A stretch of 64,000 nt of DNA from the NCBI GenBank assembly GCA_002269645.1, contig NIVC01000236.1:496001-560000 (forward strand). Direction: 5' to 3'. Below, in pieces: positions 1 to 11,836 of this stretch. The DNA is from Macrostomum lignano (taxonomy: Eukaryota). Both the position numbers and the translations under genes were made by a program. Numbering within the stretch: position 1 is the first letter of the stretch; each line of letters begins with the position of its first letter. The notes beneath the pieces were generated by a model that worked only from the letters and a program-made list of their open reading frames with translations, ran no database searches and was not told the DNA's origin.

Positions 1-720
1 TCGCCTGTCGCTTTCGGGATCGTTGCTGCAGCCGCTTGATTTGCCTGTCGCTTTCGGGATTGCCGCTGCAGCCGCTTGATTCGCCTGTCGCTTTCGGGAT
101 TGCCGCTGCAGCCGCTTGATTTGCCAGTCGCTTTCGGGATTGCCGCTGCAGCCGCTTGATTCGCCTGTCGCTTTCGGGATCGTTGCTGCAGCCGCTTGAT
201 TTGCCTGTCGCTTTCGGGATTGCCGCTGCAGCCGCTTGATTCGCCTGTCGCTTTCGGGATTGCCGCTGCAGCCGCTTGATTCGCCTGTCGTTTTCGGGAT
301 TGCCGCTGCAGCCGCTTGATTCGCCTGTCGCTTTCGGGATTGCCGCTGCAGCCGCTTGATTCGCCTGTCGCTTTCGGGATCGTTGCTGCAGCCGCTTGAT
401 TTGCCTGTCGTTTTCGGGATTGCCGCTGCAGCCGCTTGATTCGCCTGTCGCTTTCGGGATCGTTGCTGCAGCCGCTTGATTTGCCGGTCGCTTTCGGGAT
501 TGCCGCTGCAGCCGCTTGATTCGCCTGTCGCTTTCGGGATCGTTGCTGCAGCCGCTTGATTTGCCTGTCGTTTTCGGGATTGCCGCTGCAGCCGCTTGAT
601 TCGCCTGTCGCTTTCGGGATCGTTGCTGCAGCCGCTTGATTTGCCGGTCGCTTTCGGGATTGCCGCTGCAGCCGCTTGATTCGCCTGTCACTTTCGGGAT
701 CGTTGCTGCAGCCGCTTGAT
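1..720. repeat. 40-bp GC-rich tandem repeat (18 units in window, runs off the 5' end)
   Basis: Unit tcgcctgtcgctttcgggattgccgctgcagccgcttgat with cgtt/tgcc and tcg/ttg variants; period 40 is directly visible. Confidence 0.97.
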
Positions 721-3700
721 CGTTGCCTCTAGCGCTTGGAACCCGCGAATCGGCTGCAGAGGTGAGAGCTTTCAGCCGCAACAGCTGTTCTCGGCGCAGA
801 ATCTGGTAGCCGAAGGTTGCTCTGCCACAGCACTGGCAGCAGGCAAGTCGCAGGCTCGGCTGCAGATAGATTGCTAATTGGCCCCAGCACTGGAGGGTAC
901 ATGTCGTCTGCCTCTTCATCGTTTATCAGTCCTTTGCACAGAGGGTTGCTGGTCTATTTGAACGAGCCGAGGCAGCATCAACTCTTGGTGTGGGATTGCG
1001 TCCCAGCGAAAACAGATGTCTTGCACATCCGTGGCACTTTGTAAGGCAGCAGTAGGCCTCGTCCATAAAGTGCAAGCCGAACACACGGAGGCCCCGTGAT
1101 TTAATTGTTTATAAAGGTCAATATCCACGCTCCTGCAGTAGCTGCTGCCAGCGCTTCGCCAGTGTCATCTTTTGGTAATTAATGCATTCGCAACGGATTT
1201 TTCTTTCTCGGATGTTAATAGCACTAGTACAAAGCTCGTGCAAGTGGAGCACAGCAGTGGTTCGAATCAAAACATTTCTCGAGTACAAGATTAGATAGAA
1301 AAGCTAGTATGCACTCGAACTTTCTTTAACTCTGACTCTTGTCCTGTTCATCTATATAAGCTTGTATTTAAGCACGATTCGCCACCCCCAAATTTTCTAA
1401 CCCACAACCTCTCAACCCCCACCCCTAACCCAGGCTAGCTATGTGCAGTCCTTTATTTTCTATCCCACCACCAGTAGGCCTAAATTATTGATCCACTCAC
1501 CCTGCCTTATACGAAACTGATATTAACCCTATTCCAGACTACCCCCTTCCTCCACTTTGAAAGATAGCGGCATTGCACACTGTCTGTCGCGTCTTAATGT
1601 ACACCATTACTGCACAAAACAAGTTAGTTGTTTATGGCGTTAGCAAAACGATGTCTTAAAAACAGTCACTCGATTTGTCTAATTTAGCAAATAATACTTT
1701 TGCTTCCTTTCATTGCTACTAAGCAGAAAGTAGAATAAAAAACTTGCCCAGAAAATTAGCCTGAGTGGCCTATCTAGTGTTTATAGTATCTGTGGTTAGG
1801 ACTGGCCGCCCCGGCTATCTTAATGGCTGAATCACACTGGAGTAAAGTCTAGTCGAGGCCGGGGGTCATTAACATATGCAAATAAGGTTATGACTGGCTG
1901 ACTGAAGAGAAAGATATCGCATCTCGGGGCAGGCTTTGGGGGTTGGCGTGGGGTGGCGGGTGCGACGGGGGCTGCACTAAGAATCGACCGGGAAGGGGGA
2001 GAGGAGAGAGGCCTAACCGTCCGCACAACAGCGAATCCTCGCGGCACAAGTGATCACGTGACCATGATTAGTTCCAATTTAGCCGGAACAGGGGGTGTAC
2101 AAAGAAAAGTGAGAGAGTGGGAGAGCCGGGACCCTTCCAAAACTCCTTTCCCAGCTTCTGCTTTAGTAAGCTATTCTATTTAGGCAAAAAAAGGAAACAT
2201 CGGACAAGATTATGCCATGGGACACGGTCGCACAGACCCAGCCAGGGAATTTCCGGATCGATCCCGTCCTAGGCCTAGAAATCAAAGCACAAGGCTTTGG
2301 CCAATTCAGCTCGAATCAGGGTGAATCAGAGGGCCTATTCTGACAGTTGACACAAGGCAACACAGAAGTGGCAACTCACAACACAGAGCCGCGAGCCTCC
2401 AGTGCTTGCATTTTCACGGAATTTCACTAATTTTTGTCTGATGCGGCGGGCGAATTACCCAAGCTCAACATCACCATATATTAAGTATTCTATCGTAATT
2501 ATAGTCTAGTTCTGATGCCAGACTTATGATGGCAGCGTAGATTGTCTGATGCCGGCTGACATCGGGTGAAAAATTCAATGTCAAACTATCAATAAATACC
2601 AACATCTCTACCTTACCTCTACACTGCAGAGTCTGGTCCAAAGAAGTTGCAGAAGACTCCACTCTCCACTTCAGATTCCATTACTCGAATTTGACATTTG
2701 GTAGAAGTCTAGAAGTCTCAAGAATTATAAAATCATTGATCCTACAAAGGAACTCTTAAATTCGATAAAATAAATTGATGGTATTTGACATCAGTTTCTC
2801 AGAGCCGCCGACTCTGCCCAGCTGTACTGCCTAAAAGCGGTGCATGTGCTGCTGCCGACACTGCAGGCACCTCCCAGGCACTCATTGCAGCGGAAAAAGG
2901 CCTCCTATATAGAGTCCATGAACTAGAGGGTAAAAACTATGTATTGTACAGGATTAAAATGATCTCTCTTGTTCGTCTTGGCAATTGACCAGGCGTTGAA
3001 TGTTTGCCGGACAGTTTGATCGCACGTAGCTAAAAAATATATAAGCTACTTATAGTAGTAGACTGTATTTTAATTTAAAGCAGAGAGAAAGCAATCTCAG
3101 CATCAATACGTCACCTGATTCAGACAGATTACTCGTAGTTTAGACAAGCATATTTACATGTATTTAGCAGGCTAAACGAATAATTAAATTATATTACCTG
3201 CTGCTACTACCCCCTTACTACTGACAAGTAGGCAGCTATTCGAAGGAATGTCAGGTAAATGAGTCAAACAAAGCGGTTCGATCAGCAATTGAGCTCCCAA
3301 CTAATTCAGGAATCGCAAGCCTGCAAAAGCAGCAAACTTCATTAAAATTCAAGCAGCCGTTTGGTGAATCTCAAAAAGCAAAACTGAAATAATTGATTCC
3401 GAGTTTAATCAATGTTTAATATAATCAATTAGTGCAGAATAATAATCAATCTTACAGTATTATTACAGTAGAAGTCTGCAACAAACGTTTGATATTGCAG
3501 GCTCTGGGACACACAAAAACACCATCAAACTGACAGATAATTCGGGGCATTCGAGGCGATGACGAATTGAAGCTTTTAGTCAAAGACGCGACTTAGACTG
3601 TGATGTACATGAATATCTAGACGCAAAACAAGATGAAACAGCTATTTCTTGACTGAAAATATGAAACATTCTCGTGAAGTTGGCCTTCAAATTTTTCTAA

Positions 3701-4513
3701 GAAACAACATGTATTGTCATTCTACCAAAGCTGTCCCCTTGCTTTCTGCTTGATTTGAATTTCACATCGCCACCCCACTTAGTAGTTCTACAGTTGGGAA
3801 TGAAAGAAGTTCAGAGCAACAAAGATTTAAGAGCAGGAAGATCCTACAGTCTGCCAAAAGCCAAGAGGAAATGCATCGCTTTTACGGGGAGGCGGGCGAG
3901 CATCAAATACTGGCAATAAAATTAGCAAAAGTTTACAATCAAATTCGACGACTAACTAACCTAGTGTTAAATAAGTGCAGTAGCTGACAAGCTGACAATA
4001 GAATTCAAATGAATTTGAAGGTAGAAAATTGCATTCGATCAGGAGTGACGGCGGCCGCCCTCCATAGCGAGGCATGACGAGGATCGAGCATGGATGAGCT
4101 TCGGCTTTCATCCGATTCAAATACGGCAAATCAAGACCGATAAAACAAACAACACTCAGCTTTATAGGAATTCAAATCCCAGCGAATGAATTTTTATTTA
4201 GCAAGTGACAAATCTTGAGGTTCGCGCGCACTACGCTACTGTCAGTAGGCGATAGCGAGCAAAACGGCAGCCAATGAGAAAAACAACAGGAAGTGAAAAT
4301 GTGCTCGCTACATATGTCCATGGTAATTAAAACAAATTAACTGATAACAGATTTGAAAGGTGCGAGGGAATATGAAAGACTCTGGTAAAAAAACACCTGA
4401 CTGCCGGGCCGGGGTGAGTTGCAACAGCCGAGCCGGCGTCAGAGCAGCTTCTGAAATGAGATGGGCGGGTGCGCTGATGGGAGCGGACTGGCTGCCTAAT
4501 GGGCTGAATGAGG

Positions 4514-4556
4514 GACAGACAGAGACAGACAGGCAGGCAGGCGGGCAGACAGACAC

Positions 4557-4617
<61 letters not shown>

Positions 4618-4651
4618 GACAGATACTAGGACAGACAGACAGACAGACAGA
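4514..4651. repeat. (AGAC)n microsatellite
   Basis: Long agac run; it produces the spurious CLSV/TDRQ ORFs. Confidence 0.97.
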
Positions 4652-4708
4652 CATGAGTAGTAGGAAAGTGGTACCCTCCACCGCCATCGCACCGGATTGG
4701 CCGGGGCA

Positions 4709-4860
4709 CAGATTCCCGGTGCCACCTAATCAATAATACAGCAGATTCTCGGTGCCACCTAATCAATAATACAGCAGATTCCCGGTGCCACCTAATCAAT
4801 AATACAGCAGATTCTCGGTGCCACCTAATCAATAATACAGCAGATTCCCGGTGCCACCTA
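4709..4860. repeat. 33-bp minisatellite, ~4.6 copies
   Basis: Unit cagattc(c/t)cggtgccacctaatcaataatacag; the ccc and ctc variants alternate. Confidence 0.95.
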
Positions 4861-4953
4861 AGCTAGTTCGGGAGATTGGTTCCATCTATCTGGTAAATGA
4901 TATTGCTGGCACACTCAAGACTAGGAGCAGACGCCAGAACGCCCAACCACCCC

Positions 4954-5598
4954 TCACATAACCAACGCACAAGTTCGATAACTCACGGCTCTACGCAGAA
5001 TTTGAGACTCGGGAATCTCCACGGAGATGAAGTAGGCCAGCTGCCGGTCTTGCACCCGGCTCACCGTGTACTGCAGGCTGTTCAGGCCGTCGGAGTGCCA
5101 GCGCTTTTTGCCGAATTTAATAAGCTTGAAGCTGGCCAGGTTTGATGGGGATTAAAAAATCGATTTGAGATTATGCAAGCCAGAGCAGCCGACTCATGAA
5201 AGTCGGGAATCTAGAGCAAACACAGGCATTAATCAGCTTTGCACTAATTAATGCAATGCATTTCGGCTTGCATTGCAAATACTGTGATATCTGCGCTGTG
5301 AACAAGCTCGCATCGGCTTGCCGGGTCGCTTTTGCAGCCCTAAATTTCACAACGCCTCAAGACACAAAATTTCATATAATCATATAAGCTCTAAATTTCA
5401 TAAACCCTAATTTTCATCACGTCGAAAAAGTCGTGCACAGAATTTCATACAAACTCTAAATTTCATCACAACGCCTAAGAGCTCTATGGAGATACGATTT
5501 GGGACTTGTAAAATATCGTATCTCTACAGTGTTATTAGGCGTTGTGAATTCTCTGCACAGCTTTTCGACGTTGTGAAAATTAGGGTTTATGAAATCTG

Positions 5599-5696
<98 letters not shown>

Positions 5697-8600
5697 CATC
5701 TATCTGCCTATCTATCTATCCGCCACCCCACCAGAACTAGCAGGCGCAGCTCACCGCATAGGGTTGGGCTTGTTCTTCTCCTCGGTCTTGTGCTTGATCA
5801 TGGTGTAGCGGGCGATGGACAGCGGGTAGCGGCTGATCTTGAAGCCGGACCAGACCACTCTGTTAGCAAAGTCGTCGTCCTCGCCGCCCCAGCCGAAGAA
5901 CAAATTCGAAAATCCGTTGATGGCCTCGAATTGCCGCGGCGTTAGGGCGCACGCGCCGCCGAAGATGGTGGCGTAAGGCAGGCGGTACTTGAACTTGTCC
6001 ACGGCCGCGCTCATGTGCCTGGGGTGGGCGCCGCACCTGTACATGTTGTGATCGTGCTCGGGCAGCAGGTCAACGTCGTGGAAGATGAAGCAGTTGGGCT
6101 TGAACAGCCGCATGGCCTCCTTGAAGCCAATGTTGAACAGCATGGCCCGATTGAACCGCGTGGTGCCCGCCTGCGAGTGGCGAGTGCGGCTTCAATTAGA
6201 TGAGCGGGTTTAGTGCAAACGGGTGGAAGCGCGCACTCACACAGCTGACGGGGTACAAGTCTTAGTAGTGATTCTATTTGCCTTCTGCCCGACAGGTACC
6301 AGGTAGCTTCACCTTGACAACTTCAGGACAGGTAGCTTTTACCCAGCTACTTCACGACAGGTAGCTTTTACCCGGCTACTTCACGACAGGTAGCTTTTAC
6401 CCGGCTACTTCACGACAGGTAGCTTTTACCCGGCTACTTCACGACAGGTAGCTTTTACCCGGCTACTTCACGACAGGTAGCTTTTACCCGGCTACTTCAC
6501 GACAGGTAGCTTTTACCCGGCTACTTCACGACAGGTAGCTTTTACCCGGCTACTTCACGACAGGTAGCTTTTACCCGGCTACTTCACGACAGGTAGCTTT
6601 TACCCGGCTACTTCACGACAGGTAGCTTTTACCCGGCTACTTCACGACAGGTAGCTTTTACCCAGCTACTTCACGACAGGTAGCTTTTACCCGGCTACTT
6701 CACGACAGGTAGCTTTTACCCGGCTACTTCCCGACAGGTAGCTTTTACCCGGCTACTTCAGGACAGGTAGCTTTTGCCCGGCTACTTCACGACAGGTAGC
6801 TTTTGCCCGGCTACTTCACGACAGGTAGCTTTTACCCGGCTACTTCACGACAGGTAGCTTTTACCCGGCTACTTCACGACAGGTAGCTTTTACCCGGCTA
6901 CTTCACGACAGGTAGCTTTTACCCGGCTACTTCACGACAGGTAGCTTTTACCCGGCTACTTCAGGACAGGTAGCTTTTACCCGGCTACTTCACGACAGGT
7001 AGCTTTTACCCGGCTACTTCACGACAGGTAGCTTTTACCCGGCTACTTCACGACAGGTAGCTTTTACCCGGCTACTTCACGACAGGTAGCTTTTACCCAG
7101 CTACTTCACGACAGGTAGCTTTTACCCGGCTACTTCAGGACAGGTAGCTTTTGCCCGGCTACTTCAGGACAGGTAGCTTTTACCCGGCTACTTCACGACA
7201 GGTAGCTTTTACCCAGCTACTTCACGACAGGTAGCTTTTGCCCGGCTACTTCAGGACAGGTAGCTTTACCCCGGCCAAGTCCCTCAAACAGCGCATTCCT
7301 AGATCGAATAGGGAAAGAAAGGCAAAGCAAAGGCAGCTGTGGGGAAGGAAGCCTACGAGTATCTACTGACAACCGACAGTAAGAATTAGCGGAATGCACA
7401 GGCAAAGGCAGGCGCAGGGCGGGGCTCCGCTCTGAGCAGATAGGATAGAACAGAGCCAACCTGGGCGGAAGGGGAGCTCAATGCACTGCCTGGCAATGAT
7501 TTAATAACATAAGCAGCCGGCCGGCTTTCATTGGCAGCCGATTATCAGGATTACTAGCGACAAACAGTAAGCAAAAGGCTGCGCCAGACTGTCGCTGCCT
7601 GGGTAATGAATGGCATTAACTAACTGCAGCAAGATTTGATCAGGGCCGGAGAATAAGAACGGAGAACGCTTGCAATTGATAAGAGTCTTTGTCAAGCGAG
7701 TCATATTCCTTCTGGAAGGTGCAATTTTCTATATGAAACACAGGGCTTTTTTCGCACTTTATCAGCCATAACTTCTAAGCTTATCCCAAAATCCCGGAAT
7801 CCACCCCAAAAAATGTTAATCCCGCTCGATCCTGAAAATTCCCGGAAAACCAGACAGCTAATGTCGTTTGAGCACACCTGTGCTCTAGCAATTTTTTACA
7901 TTGAGTGAGATTGTAAAGATAAGTAGACCAGGGCTCATTAATTAATCCTGGCTCCATCTCCTGGCCCTACATAACCGTCTACATCAACAATTGGGTTTTT
8001 TTTCGTCAGATGCCATTATTTATTCGCCCACAGGCCTGAAAATCCCGATGCCAGAATGGCAGTCAAAAATCAATTGGCCTTTAAAAATCAATTTAAAAAA
8101 TTCTACTACCAACAGAGGCTGGCTCTTGCGTCACTGACAAAGAGCAGCTCGGGCAACAATTATTTGAGGCTCATTCTCACCTGCTCAATGGCGAACACCT
8201 TAAAGTGCAGCTGCTGCCGCTGCAGCATGGGCACCAGGTTGGCCAGGAACAGCCGCAGGTGGGCGTCCCTGTTTCTGAAGGGCACCACGATGGCCACCCG
8301 CTGCCGGGCCTGGCAGTCGGCCGGCCGGGACCCGCCGTGCCGGACGTCCGGGAACTGGGCGGCCAACTCGGACCAGGAGGGCGACCTGACCGGGTCGGAC
8401 AGGATCTCCGCCTTGGGCAGCAGGCCGCGCAGCTTGGGCGGCACGTTGGGGCACAGCGGCAGCTTGCTGGCGGCCGAATCGGCGGGGTCCAAGTCGGCCT
8501 CAGCCAGCGAGGCGCTGCTGTTGCCATCGAGCAGCGGCAGATCGATGAGGCTGCCAGCAGCGGCCGAAGTCGGCGCCGTCCCGTTGGCGATGTGGCGGCC

Positions 8601-8774
8601 GCCGAGTGGCAGGCCGGGCGTGTAGATGGCGGGCTCGGCGCGCTGGCTGAACAGCAGGGAGCAGACCAGGCTGGAGTTGATCATCAGCTGGGTGCAGGCG
8701 AACAGGGCCAGCAGAGCGCAGGCGCTGCGGTACGGGTGCCCGCGAGCCAGGGTGGCCAGCCTGCGGCACCACAT
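4954..8774 (-). CDS. GT7-family beta-1,4-galactosyltransferase / beta-1,4-N-acetylgalactosaminyltransferase (BRE-4-like), 395 aa
   Basis: Exons 8774-8181, 6170-5755, 5131-4954; all GT-AG, phases 0 and 2 match, total 1188 nt. N-terminal TM anchor and motifs AIVVPFRNR, FNRAMLFN, FHDVDLLP (DxD), IFGG, WGWGGEDDD-like FFGWGGEDDD, and DGLNSL. Confidence 0.93.
5395..5595. repeat. Imperfect inverted repeat (~60-bp arms) in intron 2 of the GT7 gene
   Basis: atttcataaaccctaattttca... at 5395 is the reverse complement of ...tgaaaattagggtttatgaaat ending at 5595. Confidence 0.75.
5596..5720. repeat. (TATC)n microsatellite
   Basis: Direct; intronic. Confidence 0.97.
6321..7272. repeat. 29-bp minisatellite, ~32 near-identical copies, in intron 1 of the GT7 gene
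   Basis: Unit gacaggtagcttttacccggctacttcac, period 29. Confidence 0.97.
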
Positions 8775-9851
8775 TGTGGCTGCGGGTGTGAGTCCAGGTG
8801 AAGAAAAAAGATTTGCCCTATAAGTTTATTAATTACTTTCTTATCAAAAGGTGACAATATTTGTTTTAAATTCATAGACAACATAATTATTCAGCCAACC
8901 CAAGTCAATTAAGTAAGCTATTTACTTTTAAAGATTGTCCATTGATAATCTTTGCTAAAACTCAACCTGGCAGTTTTAGACTGTACTAGCAATCTAGTGC
9001 TGCCCCCCTTCGGGATGACCAATAAGCAAGGAGCAAAAATAGTTCATGGAAAAACAATTAAAAAAGCACATTTTCTTAAACACCAATTCCTTCTTCACTT
9101 TTAAAAATCACCTCGTTCATATAAAATTGTCACGGACAATGATATTTGTTAGGAATCTCTTTTTTTCTAAAATTAACAAACAGACAACAAAATATAGCTT
9201 TCACAAAGATAACAGACATTCCCCCTAAATAGAAAATACTCCCAAGACAGCAAGCATCCCTCAAGAAAGCAAGCACCCCCTCCAAAAGTAAGCAACCGCA
9301 GATTAGGCTATATTGAAATTTTATAATAGACACTGATTGCAACAATCACTTATAAACTATATAATGTGATTTCTTTTTTTCGCATTTCTATGGTATATTA
9401 AACCATTAAATTAAAATCCAAGTGTTTTTGTTTACTACAATTATTAGCTAGAGGGCTCCCAATAGAAAACCCAATAGCTGCAGATAGCCATGGATTTAAC
9501 CTAATGAGCTTATGCATGTAAAAAATGTGCTGTTTCTTTGATGGCTGCTCTGCAGCCACAGTGGATTTTTTCAGAGTGAGTGGCAGGGTGCCACTTGTGC
9601 TGGCCATAGACAGCTGCAGCTGTAGACATTCAGCAGATGACAGATACTTTTTGGTAGCTCAAGACACATGTGCATAGGGGATGCACATGCCTATACAACT
9701 AAAAAAGTAGAAATAAAACACAAAAAAATTAATGTCTATTAAAAATTTTGAATCTTTTTATAGGTACAACAGGTAGTAATTATATCAAATTTGCATACAT
9801 TGCCTATTGGAGTAAGTTTCAAAAACTTGCACATATATAACACAGATGCAA

Positions 9852-10131
9852 TCTGCCCTTACTTCAACAAGGCGCGGCACAAATACCTCGGCCACCCCCA
9901 GCGGATGGACGAGCTGACCACCGCGGACAATATCCGAGACCTCCGCGCCTTCGTCCGGGACTCCGGCCGGATGAGGGTCGCCGATGCCTCCACTGCGGAC
10001 CTGCCGACTACTGGCGGGGACTGGGCGCACCCCCAAGGCTAATCCTTGTGCTCTTATACCTTGGGGTTGCGATAGGGGCCTCGCGGCCTATTCGCGGCGC
10101 CTGCGCCCCCCGTCAGTAGTAAGTAAGTAAG
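9852..10131 (+). mobile_element. 5'-truncated non-LTR retrotransposon (LINE 3' end) with (TAAG)n tail and 14-bp TSD
   Basis: TSD taacacagatgcaa at 9838-9851 and 10132-10145. GC-rich insert in AT-rich DNA, translating [14 protein letters not shown]...[10 protein letters not shown], which resembles the post-zinc-knuckle C-terminus of I-group LINE ORF2. Confidence 0.85.
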
Positions 10132-11640
10132 TAACACAGATGCAAAAAGTTGCCCAATGCATAACACATGAGACAAAAGAATGAAAAAGTGTGACATGAT
10201 GTAGCACTGATAGAAATTTTGTTTAGAAGTACTTCCGATCAGGATTTGAAATAACAATTTATAAAATTATTAAACATGGTAGAAAATGACAGATAAAGAC
10301 CAATATGAAAATCTAGAAAATAAAGTAGGCCTCAACATTCTAAAACTTAATATACAAAGTCTCAAACAATAACTAAATTACTCTAGCAGTGTTTTTTATA
10401 TGTTCCGTGCTATATGTGCTATAATGACTCTTAGAGAGAATTACTGAAATTTCAATGCTTTAGGGTTAGGGTTAGGCTAGGGTTAGAAAGTAAACAGATT
10501 TTTTTAAGATTTCAAGGCTTATGGGGGCATTGCTAAGATGTCAAGGGGGGAGTTGATATGTTAAGCCAGTTAAGGCTTATGGGAGGAATGGCTGACATGT
10601 CAAGGCTTACAAGGGACTGCTGGGGTAAAATGCAGAGATGCTACATGTAGTTTATTAAAACAACTTGTAATGCATTTTTTAGGCTCCCCAATGGGGGGCG
10701 CTAATTGCTAGTCACTACCCAAAAGTGGGTAAAGGTTTTAAGAACCACACCACAGTGACTTCTTAGCCAAAGATATATACCTAGATATATTACCTAGATA
10801 ATTTTGTGAAGATAAATTAAGTTGACTTTGATGCTCTTTGTATTACTTGGTTTTGATTTTTTAATTTGATAGTTTTTCAATATTTTAGAAAGCTGTTAAG
10901 AGCTAGTGCCATCAATAGCATGTCCAAACAAGTTTATTGCTTTGGATGAAGATGAGGATAAGAATTTGCTTATTGCTAATGTTGACTAGGACCTTGACAA
11001 GGCTGAGCAAACTGAACTAGCTAAAATGTACCAACCCAAGGCCAGCCAATTCAAGTTATTTTGTAAAAGGAAAATGAGCAATCAAATGACTTGTTCCATT
11101 CCTGAGTTTTGAACTCAGGCTTTATGCTCCACTATACTATGCAGCTATGTGTTTTTTATGGAGAATCCAAATTTATACACTTTTGCGAGCTGTGTTATAT
11201 TATCTCTGCATATATCAATTGTCTTGAATCTACGCATTTTTATAAGCCTCTGCATATCATTCAGCATTAGAATGTGAAGTTTTTTATTTCATATTCTAAT
11301 ATAGTATAAGAACTACTGCTTCTTGCATTGCAATAGGCAACTTAGGAGTTTTTGGATAATGTTAATTATTTCTTAAAAGGGTTGCTAATGTGCAACATTA
11401 ATAATTATGAAGTCATTATAGATAGGAAACAAATTTTGTTCTTGCAGTTGCAGATCCCAATTATTTTTATGCATAGGCATAGGAATGAGGGAAGGGGCAG
11501 TGGGGCCAAGGCCCCCATGTTTTAAAATGGGAGGCCAATAATAGTATCTGGCCCCTCCATATTTTAAATGTAAAATATAGACTTCTTGCTTATTTTTAGT
11601 TTTTTCTTCTTTGCATGAATGGTGACAAAACATAGCACCT

Positions 11641-11836
11641 ATAGCACCAAAATGAGTGCCTGTGGTGCCAAAATGAGTGCTTGCAGTGCTAAAATGAGTG
11701 CCTATGGCACTAAAATAAGTGCTTGTGGCACTAAAATGAGTGCCTATAGTACTAAAATGAGTGCATATGACACTAAAATGCGGGCTTGGCCCTACAGCAT
11801 TAAAATGAGTGCCTACAGGCTGTGGCACTTGATAAA
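11641..11836. repeat. Degenerate 21-bp minisatellite
   Basis: Unit aaaatgagtgcctatggcact, about 9 diverged copies. Confidence 0.9.

Noticed and set aside
4308-4832. ORFs with CLSV, TDRQ and IRWHRESAVLL repeats
   Set aside because: They are translations of the (AGAC)n and 33-bp repeats.
6321-7272. Regular repeat arrays (also 1-720 and 16109-16780) as CRISPR arrays
   Set aside because: Units are head-to-tail with no unique spacers, there are no cas genes, and the context is eukaryotic.
8056-8823. Long plus-strand ORFs opposite the GT7, lipase (16807-18872) and eIF4G exons
   Set aside because: These are antisense shadows of GC3-rich coding exons with no recognisable motifs.
10460-10486. TTAGGG telomere-like run
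   Set aside because: Only about 3-4 imperfect units; too short to call an interstitial telomere.
10900-11300. Possible decayed hAT transposase C-terminus
   Set aside because: Several stops and only vague similarity; a profile search would be needed.
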